Positions 41,463 to 52,034 of a DNA stretch of 64,000 nt are shown here, in pieces. Location of the stretch: assembly GCA_963782055.1 (NCBI GenBank), contig CAWAIF010000003.1:4384001-4448000 (forward strand), written 5' to 3'. The stretch comes from an uncultured delta proteobacterium (GTDB taxonomy: Bacteria > Myxococcota_A > Polyangia > Polyangiales > Polyangiaceae). The notes under the pieces are model-generated. The model saw only the letters and a program-made list of their open reading frames with translations, did not search any database and was not told the origin of the DNA. Within the stretch, counting starts at the first letter, position 1. Each line of letters begins with the position of its first letter. Both the position numbers and the translations under genes were made by a program.

Positions 41463-42788
41463 CCTGGATTTCGCTCGCACCGGTCCTCGGAGCGGGCGCG
41501 GGCGTCGCACGGGTCGGCGCGTCCCGGATCGGTGCCCGGCACGGCTGCCGCGCACGATAAGCGCGTAGCGTGAGCACACGTCCCCCTTTCCCCCGCCTCG
41601 CAAACCAAGTTGTGTGCCGGTCAATTCAGCATCGGGCGAGGAGCGAGTCGCAGCTGCCAGCGACCCCCGACGCGCAGCAGGCGAGCGGGCACCAGGACGC
41701 AGGCGCGACGCATCCAGGTCGCGCGCCAGTGTGCCACGGCGGTCCCCGGGCACAGCGACAGCACCCAGCGACGCATCAGGTTGTAGGCCAGCAGCTTGAG
41801 CAGCAACGCGGCCTCGTTGGCGTCGAAGGTGTTCGTCGGGGCGTAGCCGATGCCGAAGGCGTTCTTGAGCTCGGCGAAGAGCGGCTCGATCCCCGCCCGG
41901 CCGTCGTAGAAGCGCGCCACGTCGTCGGCGTCGCGGTCGTGATCGTTGGTCAGGTAGACCTGCGCCGAGTAGTCGAGGTCCTCCCAGAGGTGGACCTGCT
42001 TGCCGGTGTCGCGCTCGCTGGTCCGCACCGCCACCACGCGCCAGCCGGGAGGCCAGTCGTCGCGGCGGAAGTCCACCACGGCGACCTGTCGCGTCGGCTC
42101 GCCGAAGGCATCGCGATCGGTCGTGCGCCAGCGCGTCGTGCGCGCGACGGCGCTCATCAGGTTGGCGGTCTGCCGCATCTTCGCCACGAAGTACGCCCCG
42201 CCGCGCTCGACCGCAGAAAGCAGCGCTGCAGACTCTCCGCCGGAGTCGATCCGCATCGTCACCACGGCTTTCGGCGCGGCGCGATGCAGCCGTCCGATCC
42301 ACTGCGCGATGTCCTCGACGTCGTCCTCGCCGATGCCCGTGTCGCCCGGCCGCAGCCGCGCTCCGAGCATCGTATCGGTCTCGGCGATGCGCGCCAGGAT
42401 CGGGTGATAGCTCACGCGGCCGTGGTAGCGCGGGTTGTAGCCGACGTGCGCTCCCTCTTGCTCGCCGAACAGCGGCGTCACCGTCGTGTCCACGTCGATG
42501 GTCAGCTCCTTGGCGCGGAGCTTGGTGAGCGGCTTGAGCCCCTGCTCGGCCATCAGCTCTTCCAGCCTCTCGAGCTCGCGGCCCCTGAAGCGCCGCAGAT
42601 CGTCGTAGAGCACGTCGATGCTCGGCACGATGCCGCCGGCGAGGTGCCGGAACACCGGGTCCGTCGCGAGCACCTCGAAGTCGAAGATGCGCCGCGCTCC
42701 CGCCACCGACGCGTCGAGCAGAAGCTGAATCTGCGCCGCCATCGGATAGACCACCTGCGCTCCGGTCTTGAGGTGCCCGAAGTCCCGC
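41463..42788 (-). mobile_element. Second IS1380 copy, 5' end removed at R6
   Basis: Near-identical to 39377-40702 (one substitution seen, E>K); lacks the second IR and N-terminal codons. Confidence 0.92.
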
Positions 42789-42888
42789 CACCCTGGTCCG
42801 TCCTTCCAGTGACACCGGACGGCCCCACTTCGCATAAGATGGATTCCGTAAACTTTCGCGCCCGACCGCGCTAGGATTTCCTATGCGC
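42789..42888 (+). repeat. Repeat A copy R6
   Basis: Identical to R1. Confidence 0.97.
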
Positions 42889-43154
42889 TCGTCGTCCGCT
42901 TCGACGCGAAGACCCCATCCTCGCTGCCGAAGCTCCCTTCGTGGAGTGGGTCGTTTTTCTAAGACGGAGCGCGGTCGCCGAAGGCAGCTAGGTCCGGGAC
43001 TTCCAATCGGGCTCTTCTGGGTTTCGGGTGGCAGCCAACAGCGGACGGCGGTTCCCGCCGTCCCGTCGGTCCCGTCGCATGGTCGGGTGAGGCCGGCGCG
43101 TGGCGCATCAGGGCGCACGGGTTGGCGAGGCGGAGGTCCGAGGGTCTACGATGC

Positions 43155-43254
43155 CACCCTGGTCCGTCCTTCCAGTGACACCGGACGGCCCCACTTCGCA
43201 TAAGATGGATTTCGTAAACTTTCGCGCCCGACCGCGCTAGCATTTCCTATGCGC
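43155..43254 (+). repeat. Repeat A copy R7
   Basis: Variant TTTCG / TAGCAT. Confidence 0.97.
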
Positions 43255-43262
43255 TCCTCTGT

Positions 43263-43388
43263 GACATCAGCGTACGCGACGGCTGGGCTGCACGCGAGTC
43301 CGGCAGGTGTGCGAGCGTCGAATGGCAGGACACTGAGCGCGGGGGTAGCACCTACCGCGCAGTCACGCCCTCACCCCACGCGACGGCG
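43263..43388. repeat. Repeat B copy 1 (126 bp)
   Basis: Direct repeat of 46996-47121 with a few substitutions. Confidence 0.9.
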
Positions 43389-43571
43389 ACGCACCACCAG
43401 CGCGATCCCCAGCGCGAGCGCCGACAGCGCAGGCCACGAGCCGCGCGAGCTCTCCCCCGCCGCGTGACAGCCGCACCCGCCGTCCTCGTTGATCGGCGGC
43501 GCGCCCAGGCCCTTCGTCGCGCACCCTCTGAGCGCGAGGGCGGCGACGAACAGTGCGGCGGGATCGCGGGA

Positions 43572-44390
43572 TCAGTCGTAGCAATCGAGCCCCCCTGGGA
43601 GGGACGCATGGAGCGCGTGGCACACGTCACGATTGAGGCATAGGCCGTTCTGCTTCGCAACGGACTCGTCTCCCGGCGGGGACGGGTACACCGCGCACGT
43701 GTAGTTTCCCACCGTGGGACACGCCGCGATCACGGTGCCTCCCTGCACGACGCAGCGGGGAAAGGACGCAGGATCCTCGGGGTTCCCGCTGCAGCAGAAC
43801 TGCGCGCAGATCCCGATGGGGTGGTCCGGACCCTGCCCCACGCAGCGGTCCAGCGCGCCGTGGGCGGTGTCGCAAGGCCCGCACGGCCCCCCGCACATGG
43901 AGTGATCCTCATGCACGAGGGGATCGGAGTCCGGACATGAGCTGGCTGCTGGGATGGCGCGCCCATCGTACGGGACCTTGTCGCCATACCAGCATACGTC
44001 ACCGGCTCCCAGCTTGCGGAGGTCGTCGCAGACCTCAAGCGGAACGCACTCGAAGGAGCCCTGCGAGCGCTGCACGCAACCCTGCCCGGCGTCGCACACG
44101 GCGCAGGGCGTCTGCCCCCTGTCGGGCAGGTCGGCGAAGCACACGCCGTACGCCGAGTTCGAACCGTCACCCGTCACGAGCGGGATACAGCCACCGGGGC
44201 AGTCGGTCAGGTCACCGCACGTCCCGCCGCAAAGTCGCGCACCGGCCACGGTGCAGGTGGGCCCCGCGTCGATGGCGCCGCTGTATGGAGCAGGGGGCGC
44301 CACCCTTCCGCCGCAGCACACCACCGTCACCGCGACCGCGAAGGTGAGCGGCGCAAGTGCGCCTACGGCCGTCAGCCTACGGCGTTGCAT
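43572..44390 (-). CDS. Cys-rich lipoprotein
   Basis: Signal + CCGG, DAG linker, CGGxCGxC motifs; paralog of the next gene. Confidence 0.7.
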   Translation of the reverse strand: MQRRRLTAVGALAPLTFAVAVTVVCCGGRVAPPAPYSGAIDAGPTCTVAGARLCGGTCGDLTDCPGGCIPLVTGDGSNSAYGVCFADLPDRGQTPCAVCDAGQGCVQRSQGSFECVPLEVCDDLRKLGAGDVCWYGDKVPYDGRAIPAASSCPDSDPLVHEDHSMCGGPCGPCDTAHGALDRCVGQGPDHPIGICAQFCCSGNPEDPASFPRCVVQGGTVIAACPTVGNYTCAVYPSPPGDESVAKQNGLCLNRDVCHALHASLPGGLDCYD

Positions 44391-45159
44391 CGCAAAGCGC
44401 GCCGCCCGGGTAGTTCGACTGCGCCGCCTGGCAGCCGGCCGCGTCCATGCAGAAGCCATGATTGGCCAACGGCTGTCCGTCAGGCGACGACTTCAGGACG
44501 AAGCACGAGGCCCCCGAGGGACACGGTGACACGCCACCATCCTGGACCACGCACGCCGCGGTGGCCGACCACGTCGGCACGCAGATCCCCCAGGGATGGT
44601 CCGGCGAGCGCCCGATGCACCACTCGTCCACCTTGCATCCGCCGCAGTTGCCACCGCAGATGCGGAAGCCGGGGAAGGTCGGGCAGTTGGAAGGCTCGGG
44701 CAAAGGCGCCCCGGTCCAGGGCTTCCAATCGGCGTAGCGCACGCGGCTCGCACCGCCGTTGTTTGCGAAGAGCACACCGACCTCGTACGGGAAGGCCGTC
44801 CAGGCGTCCGGCGCGAGCGTGGACTCGGCGATGTAGACCTCCCCATCAAACGCAGGTACACGACCCACACCCACCTTGGCCGACTCGCACATACCAACCT
44901 GATCGACGTCGAACGAGAAGCACGACTCACACACGCTACCGCGAGTCTGCTTGTCGGGCGGGAAGCATCCGTGGGTTCCGTTGCAGACTGCATAGATTCC
45001 ATCCGCCGTCACGCACGCATCGGCGACTCCACCGTCCACGGGGATGGCGCTGTCCACGGAGGCATCGCCGCCCGCTGGCGAGACGGTCCCACCGCATCCC
45101 AGGACGAGACAGCCGCCGACCCAGGCGAGCGCCTCCCATCTCTCAATGAAATGTCGCAT
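44377..45159 (-). CDS. Cys-rich lipoprotein
   Basis: Lipobox VLGC; shares YxDxxPxxGxxxP...CP...CGGxCGxC...CxGxxPDHPxGIC with 43572-44390. Confidence 0.7.
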   Translation of the reverse strand: MRHFIERWEALAWVGGCLVLGCGGTVSPAGGDASVDSAIPVDGGVADACVTADGIYAVCNGTHGCFPPDKQTRGSVCESCFSFDVDQVGMCESAKVGVGRVPAFDGEVYIAESTLAPDAWTAFPYEVGVLFANNGGASRVRYADWKPWTGAPLPEPSNCPTFPGFRICGGNCGGCKVDEWCIGRSPDHPWGICVPTWSATAACVVQDGGVSPCPSGASCFVLKSSPDGQPLANHGFCMDAAGCQAAQSNYPGGALCDATP

Positions 45160-46980
45160 GCGCAAACCCTCGTACCGACTGCGTGCTTGCTGGCGTCCGG
45201 CCACAGAGCTGCTGCACGGCGTTCGGCGCGATATTCGGCGACAACGAACTCAGGGCCAGGTAGATCCCGAACGCTTCGTTCAGGAACTCGTCGGGCGGGA
45301 CACTCTGGAAGTTGGGGCCGTCGAAGAAGACGGCCTCCACGCTATCGGGAAATACATTCAGACGCTTCGCACGAATGATCACCTCGCACACGGGAGCTCC
45401 AGTCTGAATGAGTTTGCCTGTCAGTGGATCCTTGCTCTGATTGTATACGGCACCAGGCAATTCGTATTTCGGATAGAAATTACACCGTACGTTATGGTAG
45501 TAGTTCGGGTCTCCGTTGAACGGCTGGGTAACCGTGTCTGCGAGCGCTTGGGGGTCAGAGACGGGATATGTCGTCCCACCGCCAAGCACAAGCAAGTGGA
45601 GATTGTTTGCCGCGTTGGCACAGAAGTCGGCCTCGTGCCAGCTCGCGCGATCGACTTTGTTCGGATCCCCGATGTCCTCTGCGGGCGAACCCGAATCCGG
45701 ATAGGTACCGGCGGCCCACATCGTCACGGAGTCCGTGCTCTGGCAATGCTGAAAACAGCTCTCGGGGCGCGGACCATTCGTTGCGCTGCAGTTCACTCCA
45801 GCCGGCGGGAAGGGGGCGGGAACCGGCTGAGCCTGTCCTCCCTTGAAGGTCCCTGCAGGTCCTTCGAGCGCCGCTAGTTTGGCTCCCTGGGGCACCTTCG
45901 TCTTGAGCGCCTGGTTCACCTTGTCATGACCGAGGTTGAAGAAGTCCGGACCGGCGAAGTCCCACGTGTTGACGATGGGAGGATCGACGGAGAAGACGCC
46001 GTCGTCCAGGTGGAAAAGGTAAGTTAGATTGGCATCGAAGCGCGCCTGCTCGAGCACCTGGAAGATCACCGGCGTCCACCACAGATCGGCGTGGGTGCTC
46101 AGCACGAAGCCACCCTTCGGCGCGTAGTCCACGAACGATGCCAGACCGACGTCCGAGATGTCATACGCCCAGACCACGTTGTTGCTATGGAACTGCACCG
46201 AGTTCCTCACGGTACTGAAGCTACCCTGAATCGCCTGCCGCTGCGAACAGAGTCCGTGCCGCAGGACCGAGATACCCTTGATCGTCCCACCGAAGTCCGC
46301 CGCGGCGCCGGCGACGTCGGCACTGCAGGCGACGGCACTCGAGCAATTGAGTTGGTTCGGCGGACAGGAGCACGTGAAGTCGTTCTGAATCAGCGGCCAT
46401 TCGAGCTTGGGTGCTTGGGCCTGGTTCGGGAACGGGATACTCACTGCGTTCGGCAGCGTCACGCCGGGTGGCGGCTGCGTCGCCGGGTCGCTCTCTGGCA
46501 CGACCGGCCAGAGATCGCCAGGCGCGAACGTCTCCCGGGCCCAGTCGAGCCACCGACCCAGGTTCAGTGGGTCTGGGTTCGCGCCACCGACGATCGACTC
46601 CAACGTGCGACGGTACTCGACCGGATCGCGCGCCATGACGACGACTTCCTCCTGCATCGGCACGGTAGAGAAATTGTCGGTGTAGCGCACCGAGAGCCGC
46701 GCGGAGGAGAACGGGATCAGCGACGCGGGGCCCAGCGCCTTGTCGTTGTAGAAGAAGGACTGCGCGTACCCCGTCGAGCTGCTGAACGCGACGCTGCCGT
46801 TGGAGAGCACCTGCAAGTTCCCCCCGATGCCGGTGTTCAGGTCGATGCAGGCCGTGGCCCCACCTAGCAGCCCGGCGACGACGAGCGCGGTTCCGCACGC
46901 CCACGCGGCGCGACGCCACGACCTGCGACGACGAACGCTCTCACCCTGCCTGCCTGCCTGCCTGCCTGCGCGATCTTCAT
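45143..46980 (-). pseudogene. Large lipoprotein, frameshifted in a (CAGG)6 tract after the ATG
   Basis: GAGGAG RBS + ATG 46980 is out of frame with the signal peptide (...LLGGATAC) and the 557-aa ORF. Confidence 0.65.
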
Positions 46981-46995
46981 GCCACCCTCCTCGCC

Positions 46996-47121
46996 GACAT
47001 CAGCGTACGCCACGGCTGGGCTGCACGCGAGCCCCGTACGTGTGCGGGCGTCGAATGGTAGGACACTGAGCGCGGGTGTAGCACCTACCGCGCAGTCACG
47101 CCCTCACCCCACGCGACGGCG
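46996..47121. repeat. Repeat B copy 2
   Basis: Direct repeat of 43263-43388. Confidence 0.9.
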
Positions 47122-47291
47122 GAGCGTACGGGATTTGAGCGCGGTTTTCCACGAGCCTCGAGCCCTCGGGGCACCGCCGGCGGCGGTGTGGTGGTGCGCC
47201 TGAACGTCGCATGGCGGCCGCGGCGGCGGGCGGAGCGCCGGTTTCCACGGGATTCTCGCCTCTCGCGCGCACCGGTCCCTGCCCGAGAGCG

Positions 47292-47652
47292 TCAGGCGGC
47301 GACGATGGCGCCGGCGATGCGGCGGATGACGGCGCTGCGGTAGTAGGGCGGAGCGCGGGCGGGCGCGCGCGGCGGGACGTCGTGCGGCTCGCCGAGCCCC
47401 TCGAGAAACCTCCGGATGCCGCGCGGCTCCTGCACCATCGCGACGAGCTTCATGCGGCCCTCGCACTTCGGGCACTTCTGCACGTCCACCGCGAAGGTCC
47501 GTGCCATGAGCTCCGCCCAAGGCCAGTAGCGCGAGCGCTTCGGCTTGTCGTCGTCCTGCGCTGTCGCCGGCGCGGAGGCGGGCGGGCGGCGGACGATCTT
47601 CGGGCGCACTTTGCTGGCGGAGGCGAGCACGCCGGCGTAGCGGACAATGTGA
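47292..47652 (-). pseudogene. C-terminal fragment of a second ISCR/IS91-type transposase
   Basis: VRYAGVLA...WAELMARTFAVDVQKCPKCEGRMKLVA...PARAPP, homologous to the C-terminus of 25731-27452. Confidence 0.85.
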
Positions 47653-47863
47653 CTCTGTACCGGCGTTGGATGCAAAGCCATTTTCTGCTTCTTCTTCGTT
47701 TTCCTGGTCTCGTTTGGTCGTGACGACGATTTGCTCGGCATGGAGGTGTCCCTTCGCCGCTGGTTGGCGGCGCGTGCAGCAGACTGGTCGCGCTCTGGTG
47801 ACGCGCAGCGTCGAGCTTCCCCTCGATTGACTCTTCGCGTTCATCGGACAGCGGGCTCGTCGC

Positions 47864-47963
47864 CACCCTGGTCCGTCCTTCCAGTGACACCGGACGGCCC
47901 CACTTCGCATAAGATGGATTTCGTAAACTTTCGCGCCCGACCGCGCTAGCATTTCCTATGCGC
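47864..47963 (+). repeat. Repeat A copy R8
   Basis: Same variant as R7. Confidence 0.97.
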
Positions 47964-48099
47964 CCATCACTCCGCCGGCGTGCTCGGTGAGCCCAGTGAC
48001 CCAGTGAGCCCTCAGGGCTTCCGCGGATCGCAGTCTGTTTCGGGGGCGACTGCACGCTTCTGGGCTATGCTTTGCTGTCTTCCCTTCCAGAGGTCACGA

Positions 48100-48471
48100 A
48101 TGTCCTTCGACCGCCGTTCGCGAAGAACGCTGTCCATCGTCCACCGCGGCACCGTCGCGATCGCGGCGCTCGTCCTTTTGGCTGCAGCGATGGCGACGCT
48201 CTCATGCAGCACCGACTCCTCGGAGTGCAACTCGCCCGACGTGGTCGTCCATTACGACTGCACGCCGCTGGACGCCGGCACCGGTACGCCGGGGTGCTAC
48301 GGGACGTTGCCGTTCCAGGGGAAGTACTACCCGCCGCCGGACTACGACGCGCGCTTCCCGGTCGGCTGCAACGCCCGGCCGCCTGGCTGCGCCAACATCT
48401 CGTGCCAGTGCGGCAGGCCGCTCGGCGACCCGGACGCGCGTCCGGACTGGATGTGCGTGCAGTACCTGTGA
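48100..48471 (+). CDS. Small Cys-rich lipoprotein
   Basis: Lipobox TLSC, DAG motif, Cys-rich mature part. Confidence 0.6.
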   Translation: MSFDRRSRRTLSIVHRGTVAIAALVLLAAAMATLSCSTDSSECNSPDVVVHYDCTPLDAGTGTPGCYGTLPFQGKYYPPPDYDARFPVGCNARPPGCANISCQCGRPLGDPDARPDWMCVQYL

Positions 48472-48560
48472 CGAGCGGGACCGTTCGTCGGCCCAGACCA
48501 GCAGGCGCAGCAGCACGCGCCAAGCCGTGCCGGCATTTGACGCCGGGCGCGGAGGTTCGT

Positions 48561-49064
48561 ATGGGGCTCTGCATGCGCACGGGACTCGTGGTGGTCGGCT
48601 CGCTCTTCCTCGTCGCGTGCGGGGCGTCGGCGCCGCCGCCCGCCGCCGCGCATCCGTCGCCGGCGGTCGGCAGCGCGCACCCGTCGCTCGCGATCACCGG
48701 CGTGACCTGCGACGACGCGGCGGCGGCGGCGGGCGCGCGGCTGGCGTTCGACCGCGCGAAGGGGGCGCTGGAGCGGCTGCCCGGCGTCGAGTCGGTGTCG
48801 ATCGGGGAGTGCGACGTGTTCTGGGCGGGGCACTTCTATCAGTCGATCGATCCGACCTTCACCGTGCCCGCGGTGGTGGGGCCGGCGCACGAGTGCGGGG
48901 TGCGCGTCGCCTTCCGGGACCAGGAGTCGCTCAGGCACTACGCCGACGCCGCGTTCGTCCTGGGGACGTTCATCCCGTACGGGACGCAGACGGAGGTGAA
49001 GCGCGCGCGGACGTGCGGGGTGCTCGCGGGCGCGCCGGCGGGAGCGGCCGCCGCCTCGAAGTGA
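48561..49064 (+). CDS. Lipoprotein
   Basis: GGAGG RBS, lipobox LVAC. Confidence 0.65.
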   Translation: MGLCMRTGLVVVGSLFLVACGASAPPPAAAHPSPAVGSAHPSLAITGVTCDDAAAAAGARLAFDRAKGALERLPGVESVSIGECDVFWAGHFYQSIDPTFTVPAVVGPAHECGVRVAFRDQESLRHYADAAFVLGTFIPYGTQTEVKRARTCGVLAGAPAGAAAASK

Positions 49065-49279
49065 GGTAGCGTCGCCGCGGGGCCGCGTAGCAAATGGGCG
49101 CGGGCTGCCATTTGGTTTGGGATCCCGCTAAGTGTAGTCGTGATGGTTGTCGCACGCTTGGTCCATAATCCGTATGGAGGGTTCCGGGTCGTCGCGACGA
49201 CCGACAGGCAAGCGGATGTCGCCTGTGTGAGGCGCGCGGTTGTGGCAACGGGCTGGTCGGAGTTGAAGACGGGGAAGGC

Positions 49280-49479
49280 CACCCTGGTCCGTCCTTCCAG
49301 TGACACCGGACGGCCCCACTTCGCATAAGAGGGATTTCGTAAACTTTCGTGCCCGACAGCGCTAGCATTTCCTATGCGCCACCCTGGTCCGTCCTTCCAG
49401 TGACACCGGACGGCCCCACTTCGCATAAGATGGATTTCGTAAACTTTCGCGCCCGACCGCGCTAGCATTTCTTATGCGC
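49280..49479 (+). repeat. Repeat A copies R9+R10, head-to-tail with no spacer
   Basis: Junction ...CCTATGCGC|CACCCTGG... at 49379/49380. Confidence 0.97.
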
Positions 49480-49791
49480 CTCGAGGGTGACCGACTGGCC
49501 ACCGAGGCAGATGTCAGCGTCGAGAGCGGGCCCCGTCAACGTCCCGAACGCGGGGACGTAGTACGGCTGCGCCATCACGGCGGCGGAGGTGCACGCGGGG
49601 ATGCCCACGAGCCCCGCGTCGCCCGCGTCGAAGGCGTCCGGCTTCACGCCCGCCTCGGAGACGCAGGTCGCTGCATCCTGGATGGCGGGGGCACCGGCAT
49701 CGACGGGCGCGAGCGGTCGGCCGTGCCGCGAGCTGCAGGCCACGAGCGCGGCGGCGACGGCCACCACGCACAGGATGTTTCGAGCCTCCAT
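49480..49791 (-). pseudogene. Lipoprotein truncated at R10
   Basis: Lipobox LVAC, DAG motifs; stop lies inside the repeat. Confidence 0.6.
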
Positions 49792-49944
49792 GTCGTCCCT
49801 CCGACGCAGCATGCCACCCGTCGCGGCGCAGTGCTACGCGCTCACCCGCCACGACGTGGCCATCCTCGTCTTCCGGCCAGTCTCCGCGTCGCGCTGACCA
49901 GACGCGGCCCGGTGCGGCTCTCCCTCAACGGCTGTCGAACGTCG

Positions 49945-50442
49945 TCATTGACAGGTTTCCACGGGGCTCGTTCCGGACCGGCACGCGAGCACCGCCATCG
50001 CAGGCGAGCAGTCGGCGAGCTCCCGCTCGTCTGGACTGTCGCAGGCAGCCGCGCGGCAAGCGCAGGACGCTGCCACGGCGTCGTGACAGCAATGCCCGCC
50101 GCTCGGAGGCGAGCACGAGGGGACCAGCGTCCCTCCGCACACGACGTTGAGGCCGCAGTAGCAGAAGTCGGCTTGCTGACAGCAGCGGATGGCGTCGCTC
50201 GCGCACATGCAGGCGGTGGTCACACCCGCGTCGACGGTCGCGCAGCAGTGTGCAGCGCCGCCGAGTGAGCTGGGCGAGCAGGAGCCCGAGGTGGCGATCG
50301 CCTTCTGGCAGGAACACGTGTAGCCGTCACCGGAGCAGCTCAGGACGGCGTCGCCCACGCCGGAGGAAGAGCAGGCGAGGAGACATGCTGCGGCGATGGG
50401 AAGAACGCTCGCGACGATGTGGCAGGGTCTTTCCGGAGCCAT
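49945..50442 (-). CDS. Very Cys-rich lipoprotein
   Basis: Lipobox LLAC, repeated HCC...CxC. Confidence 0.65.
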   Translation of the reverse strand: MAPERPCHIVASVLPIAAACLLACSSSGVGDAVLSCSGDGYTCSCQKAIATSGSCSPSSLGGAAHCCATVDAGVTTACMCASDAIRCCQQADFCYCGLNVVCGGTLVPSCSPPSGGHCCHDAVAASCACRAAACDSPDERELADCSPAMAVLACRSGTSPVETCQ

Positions 50443-50583
50443 CGATGCCTCCCTTTCCACGATCTTGCAGGTGATACGCTTGCGGTCAATGCGCTGGCGC
50501 TCGCCGCCACACGAGCACCGTGGACCGCGTCGCGGGGAGCAGCAGTTCGTCGACGGTGCTCGAGGGCCGATTCCGAAGACCCC

Positions 50584-51102
50584 ATGGACCGGCTCGACGC
50601 GATGGAGAGCGGGCCGGACCGCAAGGCCACGCGCAAGGCGGACCAGGCCGCGCTGGCGACGCTGGAGAGTCGCGGCCTGACGAAGGAGGCGCGCAAGCAG
50701 GCCAGGGACCTGGTCACCCTGGTGGAGACGACGCCCGCCCCCGCGCCCGTCGAGGAGCAGCCCGCGCCGGAGACGGACCAGCGGATGCTGGCGCTGACGG
50801 AGCTGCACGCCTGGGTGCAGGACTGGTCGGACTGCGCGCGCGCGGTGATCACCCGGCGGGATCAGCTCCTGCGCCTCGGCATCGGCAAGCGCAAGGCGCG
50901 CGGGTCGTCGGCCGCGGCGAAGGCGCGGCCCGCGGCGCCCGCGCCGGTGGTCGCGCCCGCGCCGGAGGTGAAGCCCGCGGCTCCGGCGGGGCCGTCCCTC
51001 ATCGAGATGGGCGGTCCGATCGCGGCGCTTCCCCCCGCGCAGCTCAACGGGAAGAGCAACGGGGTGGTCGCGCTCCCGGTGAACGGAGGTGCGCACGGCT
51101 GA
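50584..51102 (+). CDS. Hypothetical protein, probably 5'-truncated
   Basis: Strong GC3 bias from ~50580; helical domain plus Pro/Ala tail. Confidence 0.5.
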   Translation: MDRLDAMESGPDRKATRKADQAALATLESRGLTKEARKQARDLVTLVETTPAPAPVEEQPAPETDQRMLALTELHAWVQDWSDCARAVITRRDQLLRLGIGKRKARGSSAAAKARPAAPAPVVAPAPEVKPAAPAGPSLIEMGGPIAALPPAQLNGKSNGVVALPVNGGAHG

Positions 51103-51176
51103 CGAGGCGACGCCGAGATGTTGCGCGGGAGCGCGCGGTCCTCTCCGGAAGAGGGGGCCGCGCGTTTTCCGTTTTG

Positions 51177-51890
51177 TCACCCGGCCATTCCGTTCGCCCG
51201 CGTCGCCGGGCCGAGCCGATATCCCACACCCGAGACCGGTTCGATCTCCACACCCAGAGGGAGCAGCTTCGACCGCAGGCGGCGGAGTGCCTCATGGATC
51301 GCGTGGCGATCGTGCGACGGCTCGTGCCCGAGCCGCACCAGGAGCTCGGCGAATGTCACCGTCTCGGGAAATCGGGCGATGAGCTTCGCCAGCAGAAGGG
51401 CCTGACTCGAGGTGAGGGAGACGGATTCACGGCCGACATGGAGCACCTTGCTTCGCGAATCGAGGAGCAAGGCCGCCGCCGGCGGGCGGGTGACGAGGTG
51501 CTCCCCCGACGTGCGCCGGGCGAGCGCGCGGACCTGCTCGAAGAAGACCGTGAGGTCGGCCAGCGGCGTCGGCATGGTCACGTCCGCGCCGGCGCGCAGA
51601 CCCTCCGCCCGATCCTCCACGGACCAGTCCCTCGCGGAGTAGAGAAGCACCGGCGTCCGCGCGACGGCCCGGATCGCGCGCGCGACGTCTACGCCGTTCA
51701 TCTGGCCACGGCCGAGGTCCCAGTCGGTGGCGACGACGTCGAACTTGCCGTCGCGCACGAGGGAGAGCGCCTCCTCGGGCGACGCGGTCAGCAGCCAGTC
51801 CCACGTCGCCGCAGGATGATGGGCGATCTCCCGCGCGAAGGCTCGCCGGATCAGATAGTCGTCGTCGACCAGCAGTACCCGCATCCCCAC
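51177..51890 (-). CDS. OmpR-type response regulator (REC + winged helix)
   Basis: VLLVDDD, GLRAGAD, LRRLRSKL, GVGYRL. Confidence 0.8.
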   Translation of the reverse strand: MGMRVLLVDDDYLIRRAFAREIAHHPAATWDWLLTASPEEALSLVRDGKFDVVATDWDLGRGQMNGVDVARAIRAVARTPVLLYSARDWSVEDRAEGLRAGADVTMPTPLADLTVFFEQVRALARRTSGEHLVTRPPAAALLLDSRSKVLHVGRESVSLTSSQALLLAKLIARFPETVTFAELLVRLGHEPSHDRHAIHEALRRLRSKLLPLGVEIEPVSGVGYRLGPATRANGMAG

Positions 51891-52034
51891 CTCCTGGCTA
51901 CGAGCCTACCACCTTCTCATGGCCAGGGCGCGCTAGACATCACTCGTACAATCCGTCAGTGACTGGCCGCGGACGTGGATGTGACGATCCGGCGACGACT
52001 GGGTGCGCGTTTCCGTAGACCCGCCTACACCCGC

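Noticed and set aside
42889..43154. Gene or ncRNA in the 266-bp segment between R6 and R7
   Set aside because: No credible ORF or recognisable RNA family
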